DNA of 44,788 bases from positions 1 to 44,788 of the IMG/VR virus record IMGVR_UViG_3300037243_000055; one strand, 5' to 3'. Both the position numbers and the translations under genes were made by a program. Below, one piece after another: positions 19,195-27,293 of the stretch (the first letter of the stretch is position 1; every line of letters starts with the position of its first letter). Below the pieces are notes generated by a model. It was not told the DNA's origin and made no database searches. It saw nothing but the letters and a program-made list of their open reading frames with translations. Origin of the DNA: a virus. Lineage: Duplodnaviria; Caudoviricetes.

Positions 19195-20946
19195 ATGGGC
19201 GGAATTGTAGATCATCTCGCTAGTGGTGCAGCGGACCTTGCAGCAAAGACTGCGGGACATACTGGAGGCGGATTAATGGATGCCGCCTCCAAAGGTATCA
19301 CTTCGTTGCTGGAACATTCCGAGGGATTTTTTAAGTCTAACGAAGCATTGTTTAAGACTACTCCTTCTGGTGCCCCTTTTGTTGATGGCATTTTAAAGGG
19401 TAAATACTTCCCTCAGCTTAAGCAAGGTTTTGCTGAACAGTTAGCGCAGCAAGTAAAGGTCGGTCAAGCTCATGACCCAATTAAAGCGATGGCTACCGCA
19501 AGGGAGATGGCGCGAGCTAAGACTTTTGGTGCTAATGATGAATTACTAATTGATTTTGTGCGCCGAGCTAGAAAAGAATCCGGGTCTAATGCACATGCTG
19601 ATAATGTTGGGCTTGCGCTGAGTACTATGTTCCACGAGAATTTTGAGGAATTGCATAAGCCTACAGCTTGGGGTATAGATGAAAATGGCGTAATGCGCCA
19701 GCCTAAGTTTGTAAAACGACCAGTTACGTGGCTTGAGAAGGCCGGAGTTACAAAAGCCCCGGCTTATACTAAGCCAACAGAGTTGGAAAAGCATTTGCGT
19801 AATGTGATGGGTTATGTATTTACGCCCTTCATTGCCATTCCCCATCTAACACAAATTCTAAACCCTGTGCTAGATATGGGGATAAAACACGTTGCGAATG
19901 GAATATCCGATTTAATGGAGAAGAATCCAAAGAATCTAGTGCAGCTCGCGCGCTCTGGTGTGATGGCGGATGAAATGTACTATTCGATGGTGAATCCAGA
20001 AGCTGGTTGGATGAAGAAGATTTTTCACCATCCGGGGTTTACGCCAGTTAGGAAGAAGTATCTGGAAATCGCAGCTTTAGCTGGACGCAGTGCGTTGTAT
20101 GATTCAGCAGCAGAGTTTCTTGAGTCTAAAGGCGCAGATAAAGCTAGTGGCGTAATGCTGAAACATCTTGGGCTTAATCCAGAGGAATTTTTAGCTCGAC
20201 AAGCAGATCATACTTTGAAATTTGATGCGCCACAGAACATTGTCGAACTTGGGCTTAACGGCGGTCATTTATCTAGTTTAAGGTTAACATCCAATGATGT
20301 GCTTACTGCTATGTATCGTTCTGGTTCTGAGAGTATGTTTATTCGGGACGGGCTTAATACTCCTTATGCATGGGACACAACCCCGTTGAGGCGTATGATG
20401 TTTATGTATAAGCATTATGCGTTTGCGCAGGGAAAGTTTTTAAAGGATGTTCTCTATCGTGCTTACGATGCCGGTGGAATACCTGCTGTGAGTGCAAAGC
20501 TGGCTATAATAGGAACCGCGCTTCCAGCAGCAGGAGAGATTATAAAAGGGGCCGAGCGTTGGGCACATGGAGATACAGATTCCGCAACATGGCAAGATGG
20601 TAATGTTGCTGGAAAAGGGGATGCGTCTGAGTATCTTGACGCTATGGCTCATGTAGCGGGGTTTGGAATGATGTACTCAACAATTCGTAGCGCCCAACGC
20701 CATGCATTAGCTGGTATGGTTGTGGGGCCGCTGTTTAACTCATTAATTGATGTGGGTCAAGATGTGGTTAATCTCAAAGGCAAGAATATGAAACAAACTC
20801 GCCACGGAGATTCTCTCAGCCCTTCACAGAAAAAACTTGGGCGTGATATAGTAGGTCGTGCTGGTTTGGGCGGGCCGCTTATTTCACGGGCGCTTTTTCC
20901 CAAGAAAGTTGTACACCACAAGGATGTAATAAACCAAGGAGAGTAA
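19195..20946 (+). CDS. Internal virion / ejection protein (large, helical)
   Basis: GAGGAG RBS; hydrophobic C-terminal helices and a P...RMMFMYK.Y motif typical of ejection-protein C-termini. Confidence 0.6.
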   Translation: MGGIVDHLASGAADLAAKTAGHTGGGLMDAASKGITSLLEHSEGFFKSNEALFKTTPSGAPFVDGILKGKYFPQLKQGFAEQLAQQVKVGQAHDPIKAMATAREMARAKTFGANDELLIDFVRRARKESGSNAHADNVGLALSTMFHENFEELHKPTAWGIDENGVMRQPKFVKRPVTWLEKAGVTKAPAYTKPTELEKHLRNVMGYVFTPFIAIPHLTQILNPVLDMGIKHVANGISDLMEKNPKNLVQLARSGVMADEMYYSMVNPEAGWMKKIFHHPGFTPVRKKYLEIAALAGRSALYDSAAEFLESKGADKASGVMLKHLGLNPEEFLARQADHTLKFDAPQNIVELGLNGGHLSSLRLTSNDVLTAMYRSGSESMFIRDGLNTPYAWDTTPLRRMMFMYKHYAFAQGKFLKDVLYRAYDAGGIPAVSAKLAIIGTALPAAGEIIKGAERWAHGDTDSATWQDGNVAGKGDASEYLDAMAHVAGFGMMYSTIRSAQRHALAGMVVGPLFNSLIDVGQDVVNLKGKNMKQTRHGDSLSPSQKKLGRDIVGRAGLGGPLISRALFPKKVVHHKDVINQGE

Positions 20947-20947
20947 T

Positions 20948-21103
20948 ATGAGCAAGCATGGTCAGACCATTGAAAGTGTAAAGTCCACCATTCGTTCAAT
21001 TGAAACTAAACTGAACGATCACCAGTCCCAGACTCCGATTAATAACCTCCCCGCAGTTCGTGGTAGGCATGGCTCTCATTTTGAGGGCGGCAAGAAAAAG
21101 TAG
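20948..21103 (+). CDS. Small basic protein (51 aa), not in the ORF track
   Basis: AAGGAGAG RBS; ATG 1 nt after the upstream stop; MSKHGQTIESVKSTIRSIETKLNDHQSQTPINNLPAVRGRHGSHFEGGKKK. Confidence 0.65.
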   Translation: MSKHGQTIESVKSTIRSIETKLNDHQSQTPINNLPAVRGRHGSHFEGGKKK

Positions 21104-21140
21104 CTCTGTAGCACAAAATTAAAGGAACAGGGGTAAGACT

Positions 21141-22403
21141 ATGAAGATTTTGATGGTAAGTTATTCTGGCTACGGGGCGTGGTTTACACTTAGGCTTCAA
21201 GAAGAAGGCCATAAAGTTGATTACTATCTCATGGAGAAGAAATACGCCGATGTTCTGAGTGGTCTTGCCCCTGAACCTATGTTTAAAAAACCGGATTTTG
21301 CCAAGTATGATCTGGTACTATTTGATCTCACTGGCAAGCCTAAACTCGCTGAACAGTCAATGGAGTTGACGCCTACAATGGGGGATGGTAATTTTAACTC
21401 CCTCGTTGAGGAAGATAGAATGTTTGGCATCGAGACAATGGAACAGTGTGATATCAATGTTCCGCCATATGAAGTGTTTCAGGATATCGGCGAGGCAAAG
21501 AAATATATCGCCAAGACAAAGAAACGCTTTGTATTTAAGCCGGATGGAGGGCAAGATCAGGACTGTAATACGACTTATGTTGCAACCAGCGCGGATGATT
21601 TACTTAACTACATCGACCGCTTGGGTGCAGCTACAAATGGGGCAACATTCCTGCTTCAAGAAGTTGTAGATGGCATTGAAATTGCAACTGAGGCTTATTT
21701 CAACGGTGATGAGTTCTTCCTCTGGGACGCAACACTGGAAGAAAAGAAATTCATGGAGGGTAACAAAGGACCGAATACTGGATGTGCTGGTAATCTTGTT
21801 TGGATATACAATAAACCCAATCGCTTAATCAACGAAGGGCTTATGCGTATGAAAGACTTTCTCAAACAAGTAGGCTATCGTGGTATGATTGACCTTAATG
21901 TCATGGCCGGGCCTGATAAACTTTATGGCCTTGAGTGGACTCCACGCTTTGGTTATGATGCCAGCGCAACTCTATGCTCGCTCATAACCTCTGATCTTGG
22001 TGAGTTTTTTCACGCAATAGCTGCTGGAGATATTCCTACTACTCTACGCTGGAATGAGAATGCTTTTGCTGCTGCAACTCGTCTCAGTATCCCACCATAC
22101 CCAACCGAAGTACCGGGAAAGCATCCGGCAGGAGTGCCTATCAATGGAATTGAACTGGATGATATCTCACGCGGATGCTATTTATACGACGCTATGTTGG
22201 TAGGAGATGAGCTTGTTACTGCTGGGGCAAGTGGTTTTGTTGCTGTACCTATTGGTGTTGGTAGGAGTATCGACGAAGCGTGGGCAGTGGTGAAAGAGAA
22301 GATTAAATGCCTGAAACTGCCCGACGCACAGTATCGACAAGATTTAGCGCGTAGGACATGGAAACGGTATGAAGGACTTGCGAGATGGGGTTGGTTTAAA
22401 TAA
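21141..22403 (+). CDS. PurD-like (phosphoribosylamine-glycine ligase family) ATP-grasp ligase
   Basis: FVFKPDG, FLLQEVVDGIE, EEKKF.EG.KGPNTG.AG and LEWTPRFGYD correspond to PurD ATP-grasp motifs; lacks the canonical N-terminal GxGGREH. Confidence 0.82.
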   Translation: MKILMVSYSGYGAWFTLRLQEEGHKVDYYLMEKKYADVLSGLAPEPMFKKPDFAKYDLVLFDLTGKPKLAEQSMELTPTMGDGNFNSLVEEDRMFGIETMEQCDINVPPYEVFQDIGEAKKYIAKTKKRFVFKPDGGQDQDCNTTYVATSADDLLNYIDRLGAATNGATFLLQEVVDGIEIATEAYFNGDEFFLWDATLEEKKFMEGNKGPNTGCAGNLVWIYNKPNRLINEGLMRMKDFLKQVGYRGMIDLNVMAGPDKLYGLEWTPRFGYDASATLCSLITSDLGEFFHAIAAGDIPTTLRWNENAFAAATRLSIPPYPTEVPGKHPAGVPINGIELDDISRGCYLYDAMLVGDELVTAGASGFVAVPIGVGRSIDEAWAVVKEKIKCLKLPDAQYRQDLARRTWKRYEGLARWGWFK

Positions 22404-22414
22404 GGGAGTATAAT

Positions 22415-22792
22415 ATGAATATCTGCGTTAAAGTAATACCACACAGCGAACATCGTTATATAACAGTAGGTGACTGGTGGTGGGATGAAACTGGGAACCT
22501 ACAAATCCGCGTCTCTGCAATGGACGATTGGCGCTACGAAGCTCTTGTAGCGTTTCATGAAGAATATGAGGCTCTAGCCTGTAAACGGGCTGGAGTGCTA
22601 GAGTCGGAAGTAACAGCTTTCGATAAAGAGTATGAGAATCAACGTAAACAAGAAGACTTCTCAGAACCGGGAGATTGTCCTCGCGCTCCGTATTATATCC
22701 AACATCAACAGGCGACAATTTGTGAGCGTCAACTAGCATTAGCTCTGGGTGTTAACTGGGAGGTTTATGAAGCTAAAATCAATTCTCTGTAA
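22415..22792 (+). CDS. Small HExxE metal-binding protein (zincin-like hydrolase candidate)
   Basis: LVAFHEEYE plus EPGD.P.APY..QH; GGGAG RBS; directly follows the ATP-grasp gene. Confidence 0.6.
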   Translation: MNICVKVIPHSEHRYITVGDWWWDETGNLQIRVSAMDDWRYEALVAFHEEYEALACKRAGVLESEVTAFDKEYENQRKQEDFSEPGDCPRAPYYIQHQQATICERQLALALGVNWEVYEAKINSL

Positions 22793-24869
22793 TTTGGTGC
22801 TACTGTTGTTAGCACCATTTGGTATGAGCCAATGTGTTTCTGTTCAATTTGTTGTACAGGATGCAAATGGACAAACATTTAACAATGGTACTTATACTTG
22901 GCAATTTCAGGCCAACTATGCAGTTCCTGGGCCATATTTGTTTCAGGGAGCAAATTTTACTCAGAACGTAGCTGGTACATTAGCGTCTGATGGAAGCGCA
23001 ACAAGTTGCCTTACACCGAATACAGGGGGTACTTTTTCTACTTTGGGCATTACACCTAGTGGAAGCACTTGGCAACTTACTGCGTGTCCAAATGCAAGTG
23101 TAGCTTGCAGTACATTTCAGTATTATCTCCCAGATAATACGACTAATACTGTGACTTTTACTGCACCTGCAATTAATGTACCACCTCTTGTAGCATCACC
23201 CAGAGCTTATGCTGATTCTGAAGTCACGCCACAGGGAATTGGCAGTAGTTATTTTAACACCACAACAAATACAACCCGCACATGGAATGGTAGTGCGTTT
23301 GTAAATCCTGGCCCACCTATAAATTTAGCATCACCGGGGCCGATTGGCGCGACCACACCTGCGGCAGCGACGTTTACGACTGTCACGGCGGTCGCGACAG
23401 TGTCTGGTTCGGCATTTACGGCGATTCCTCCCGGTGCAAATTGCATCTTTGAGGGCGACTCGATCACGGCAGGCTTTGGCTTGAGTGCGGGGCAGGATTG
23501 GCCGTCACAGGCGATGGCGCTTCCGCAGTTTGCCAATTGCACGAAGTACAACTTCGCGGTGGCGGGGGATCAGGTTGCTGACTTGCAAGCTCGCTATACG
23601 ACCAGCGTGCAGCCACTGAAGCCAGCGACAACGGGCAAACCAGCGTTTCTTTTCGTATGGGTTGGCACCAATAACTTAGGGACTAGAGCGATGACTGCGG
23701 CTAGTACGCTGACCGCGCTGCAAACCTATTGGAGCGGGGCGATTGCCGACGGATTTACGGTAGTGGCTGCAACCATCACACCACGCGGCACAAGCGCGGG
23801 AGTGTTTGCCCTGGGCGCGACGCAGGAAACTCAACGCTACATTCTCAATAGCTCAATCCGTGGGCTTGTGGGATTGGCTTACTCATATCTGTTGGATTTT
23901 GATCGCACCTTACAAGATTCAACCGACACGAATATGTTTCAAGATGGACTGCATCCCGCAGCTACAGGCGCGCGAATCCTCGCGCAAGCAGCAGCCGCGA
24001 CCGTTGCAGGGCGCTCCGGGATCAACGCAGTAGCGAATCCAGCAGCCAATCCAGTGCCTACCACTCCGACATACGCCAACGCTGTTAATCTCACCAGCGG
24101 AAGCGACTTGAACACAGTGGTAGGCTGTGGAGTCTACGATATTAACGGCGTCGTGAATGGTCCTCCGGGTTTTAGCTCAACTCCAGATTCTGGCAATTCA
24201 TGGATGCACTTACAGGTACTATGTCAATCTACTGCGGCGAATGGTGGCAGTGGGTACGCTGCGCAGTTTGCCTCTAATTTGATTGGAACGGCTCAAACGG
24301 TATGGTATCGCACGGAAGCTGGAGGGGTATGGAATCCGTGGGTTTCGCTGATTCCAAGTTCTTCCTTCCTTGCTGCGAGTACCGATCTCAACACGGTAAC
24401 AACGTGCGGAACCTACGATGGGCAGTACCTAACGAATGGCCCGCTTGGGTCCAACTGGATTCATCTCTTAGTTTTATGCAATGACTCATCTCTCAGCAAT
24501 TACACCTCGCAGATTGCGACAAATCTCATCGGGACAACGCAGACCATGTGGCTGAGGACGCAGAACGGCGGAGCATCAACGTGGAATGGGTGGATACAGG
24601 TTTACCCCGGGACTTCGGGGATACTCTCGGCAACGAGTCCTAGCATCGGTGGTTCGGCCTTGTCGGTGGGCTGCACAAATCAAAGTACGGTAACGGTTTC
24701 AGGAGCGGTAACGAGCATGGCTTGCGTAATGACTGGAGTAGTCAGTAACCCAACAAACATCCAGCCGCAGTGCGTTGTGACAAGCGCCAATACGGTAACC
24801 CCACAGCTTTGCACAGCGGTTGCGTCAACCCCCGGAGCCCAAACTTACGCTATTCGGGTGATTCCGTGA
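22767..24869 (+). CDS. Tail fibre/spike with SGNH (GDSL) esterase domain and two knob repeats
   Basis: GGAGG RBS; SGNH blocks GDSIT, GTNN, DGLHP; two DLN...G.Y...W.R...W..W repeats resembling pyocin-knob domains. Confidence 0.8.
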   Translation: MKLKSILCNLVLLLLAPFGMSQCVSVQFVVQDANGQTFNNGTYTWQFQANYAVPGPYLFQGANFTQNVAGTLASDGSATSCLTPNTGGTFSTLGITPSGSTWQLTACPNASVACSTFQYYLPDNTTNTVTFTAPAINVPPLVASPRAYADSEVTPQGIGSSYFNTTTNTTRTWNGSAFVNPGPPINLASPGPIGATTPAAATFTTVTAVATVSGSAFTAIPPGANCIFEGDSITAGFGLSAGQDWPSQAMALPQFANCTKYNFAVAGDQVADLQARYTTSVQPLKPATTGKPAFLFVWVGTNNLGTRAMTAASTLTALQTYWSGAIADGFTVVAATITPRGTSAGVFALGATQETQRYILNSSIRGLVGLAYSYLLDFDRTLQDSTDTNMFQDGLHPAATGARILAQAAAATVAGRSGINAVANPAANPVPTTPTYANAVNLTSGSDLNTVVGCGVYDINGVVNGPPGFSSTPDSGNSWMHLQVLCQSTAANGGSGYAAQFASNLIGTAQTVWYRTEAGGVWNPWVSLIPSSSFLAASTDLNTVTTCGTYDGQYLTNGPLGSNWIHLLVLCNDSSLSNYTSQIATNLIGTTQTMWLRTQNGGASTWNGWIQVYPGTSGILSATSPSIGGSALSVGCTNQSTVTVSGAVTSMACVMTGVVSNPTNIQPQCVVTSANTVTPQLCTAVASTPGAQTYAIRVIP

Positions 24870-24974
24870 TGAATCTGCTATTTGGAAACAAAGAGTTTCT
24901 GAACAGTGGCGGTCATTACCGCGAAACGTATAGCTGGCTTACGCATTAACACATCGTGAGGTTATAGCCGGACG

Positions 24975-25012
24975 AAAAAATAGGGAGTGCTGAGATTCTA
25001 GCACTCCCTTTG
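24975..25012. terminator. Bidirectional intrinsic terminator at the convergence of the two modules
   Basis: Perfect 10-bp stem AGGGAGTGCT/AGCACTCCCT with an A-run on the left and Ts on the right. Confidence 0.85.
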
Positions 25013-25048
25013 TCTATTTAGGGGAGACAAAACTTGTGATATGTAGTA

Positions 25049-25678
25049 TTACTTTACTGCGTCACCAATCTTGGACGTACCATACATCCGACACATAACT
25101 TCGTGTTCATGCATGATACGGATTACAGCCCGTTGCTTGAATTGGATAGCGGAACCTGCAAAGAGCGAATAAAGCACACGATCACCGGGAACTAGAAGTT
25201 TTGTTTCGAGTCCGACACTCATCACCGTTCCAGTAGTAGGCCGTCGCTGTGCAATCTCAGGCGCGATGAGAAGTCCGCCCCGGCCTTTACAATCAGGGCA
25301 TGGTTTCTTTCCGGGGAATTCTTTGCAGAAGCCGCATGGACATGTTCCTGCATTTCCAGTTGTAACCCCAGTTCCGTTACAATGCTGACACGGTTCATCG
25401 AGGTGCTTTTCACCATCACAGATTTTACACTCGAATCCAGTTCTGAACTTATCCTCGACTACGATTATAAGGTCGCCCATTGCTTCGAGGGCGAGACCTG
25501 AGTTTCCGCCTTTGATAATTGTGTAACGATTTTTTGTCGGAGTAAGCTCTGTATCACAACCAGTTCCGAGTAAAGCATCAGCCTGCATTGTCTCAGGCGC
25601 CAAGGCTTGTGCATCACGTTCGTCAACTGCAATTTCCTCAGTGAAATCCCGTCCAGTGTTTGCTTCTAGGTCAGCCAT
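25049..25678 (-). CDS. groES: GroES/Cpn10-like co-chaperonin with an inserted DnaJ-type zinc finger
   Basis: LEAMGDLIIV ... GGLLIAPE ... TGTVMSVG ... VPGDRVLY..FAG ... IMHEHEV follows the Cpn10 pattern; four CxxC(xGxG) units at aa 84-134. Confidence 0.82.
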   Translation of the reverse strand: MADLEANTGRDFTEEIAVDERDAQALAPETMQADALLGTGCDTELTPTKNRYTIIKGGNSGLALEAMGDLIIVVEDKFRTGFECKICDGEKHLDEPCQHCNGTGVTTGNAGTCPCGFCKEFPGKKPCPDCKGRGGLLIAPEIAQRRPTTGTVMSVGLETKLLVPGDRVLYSLFAGSAIQFKQRAVIRIMHEHEVMCRMYGTSKIGDAVK

Positions 25679-26057
25679 TGTTCTGTTGCTCCTTTGTTAG
25701 AATTGATGCTACAGTATCGGACGTTAAACAACCTACACGCTTACAAGTTTGAGCGACATAATCATTAGTGTCATTCTCGCTAGGTGGCGCATACTTATTG
25801 ATGGCAGCATAAACTGATAGCTCTGCATAATCGTTCCAGAGCAAGTCATTTAACGCACCGAAGCCAGTTCCCACATCTGGAAAATGAGCAAAACGTGGAT
25901 GTGGTGTTCCAGTTTCAAGCACCGCATTATATTTCCCGTGCATCCAACTGTGAAACTCCAAATCCCCCGGATTGTTATTACGTTGTGGTCGATTTGGTTT
26001 ATCCCCCGTCTCAGCATAAAAGCCCTCAATGTGTGCAATTGCCTCTGCGAATTTCAT
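25671..26057 (-). CDS. Lysozyme-like muramidase (NNPG family), endolysin candidate
   Basis: AIAHIEG, RNNNPGDL, FA.F...G..AL and KYAPPSENDT..Y motifs. Confidence 0.7.
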   Translation of the reverse strand: MKFAEAIAHIEGFYAETGDKPNRPQRNNNPGDLEFHSWMHGKYNAVLETGTPHPRFAHFPDVGTGFGALNDLLWNDYAELSVYAAINKYAPPSENDTNDYVAQTCKRVGCLTSDTVASILTKEQQNNG

Positions 26058-27283
26058 GGATTCCCCGCTTTTTTTGCCTGTGCTTTGTTAGTGCTGATAA
26101 ACTCAGTGGTATTTCCTTTATTACGTTGAGTTACAAATCCCGCCGCGACGAGAACGTAAAGGATTTGGCGTAAAGTCTCATCAGTAACGTGACGGTAATT
26201 CGCGCGCATAATCTGTGCGAAGGTTACAATACCTTTGAGTTCAATATAAGCTAGAACTCTATCCTGTGCGGCTGCTATAGGCGACTCACCAACAGAACGG
26301 AAAGTGAGATCAAGAGTCTGCCCAACTTTCTCGCAGATTCCAATGGCATTATAAAGATGCATCGCAGAGATAACTTTACTGTCGCTCTCTGCTGCACTCA
26401 TAATCATAGCGAGCTTGAAGATGTGTGATTTCATACGGCTAGTGTAACCAATCACAACTTCGGATGCAAACTCATCTACTTTATGTAGTGAGGTATACTG
26501 ATTCGTCCACATTACTTGAGCTTGCTTGTCAAATGTAAATTCCCCCTGTATAGTTGAAATGTGTTGAATATCATTAATGAGATCATCCTCAAGCTGGGTT
26601 TTAATCTGGCTCTGCGGCCACGGAATTAACTGCGATTTCTCGGAGGCAAAAACAAAGATGCACCGACTAGTAAAACCGCCAGTAATAGCCGCTGTTGCAT
26701 CACGGTTAAGTTTCCGAATATAATCAGGAACACAACCGCCCAGAAGAGAGACGCATATATCCTTCGCGACATAAGTGTTCTTCGTTTTTGTGTCATAGCT
26801 AAATTCATTCTTATCCCACATCTCGCACATTAACGGGAGCATCCACTCCGAGGCTTGAAGAAACACAGGAAGCTCCGTACTAATAATCGTAGCCGAAGAA
26901 TCACCAGTTGTAATCTTGTGCGTTTGGGCATTGTTTCCTGCCCCTGTTGTTGCAGTAGATATTCGCTGAAACCCGGTTGATAGTTTCTCAATGATCTTCT
27001 CCGCTGTGATGCGATCTGGGATATAGTTGATTACATCTGCCCGGCCCGCCATTGTAGTAACTGGGTTTATACTAGCGCCCTTACCAATTCCGGGCGGCCC
27101 AACTAGGATGATATACTGGTTTGGGTAAATCTTGTAGAAACCGTATTGAATCCAAGCGTTCTTCTTCAGCGCAGAACCAATGGTACTAACACCGCACCAA
27201 TAGTTATAGGCTGCTGGCGCTTCCGATTGCGAGGTGTACTCCGCATAACGGTCAAGCCAGCTTCCCTTTAATTTTCTAGCCAT
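26054..27283 (-). CDS. DUF3987/YfjI-type AAA+ helicase-like replication protein
   Basis: SEAP...W, YPNQYIILVGPPGIGKG (Walker A), GGFTSRCIFV (Arg finger), C-terminal winged-helix-like region. Confidence 0.75.
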   Translation of the reverse strand: MARKLKGSWLDRYAEYTSQSEAPAAYNYWCGVSTIGSALKKNAWIQYGFYKIYPNQYIILVGPPGIGKGASINPVTTMAGRADVINYIPDRITAEKIIEKLSTGFQRISTATTGAGNNAQTHKITTGDSSATIISTELPVFLQASEWMLPLMCEMWDKNEFSYDTKTKNTYVAKDICVSLLGGCVPDYIRKLNRDATAAITGGFTSRCIFVFASEKSQLIPWPQSQIKTQLEDDLINDIQHISTIQGEFTFDKQAQVMWTNQYTSLHKVDEFASEVVIGYTSRMKSHIFKLAMIMSAAESDSKVISAMHLYNAIGICEKVGQTLDLTFRSVGESPIAAAQDRVLAYIELKGIVTFAQIMRANYRHVTDETLRQILYVLVAAGFVTQRNKGNTTEFISTNKAQAKKAGNP

Positions 27284-27293
27284 TGAATTTCCC

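Noticed and set aside
21141-22403. Calling the gene purD, an auxiliary purine-synthesis gene
   Set aside because: It lacks the canonical substrate loop and any pur context, so the symbol was withheld.
24982-25009. GAGTGCTGA...TAGCACTC resembles CIRCE (HrcA operator) half-sites next to the groES-like gene
   Set aside because: The half-sites are in reversed order, the spacer is wrong, and the site is downstream of the gene. It is fully explained as a bidirectional terminator.
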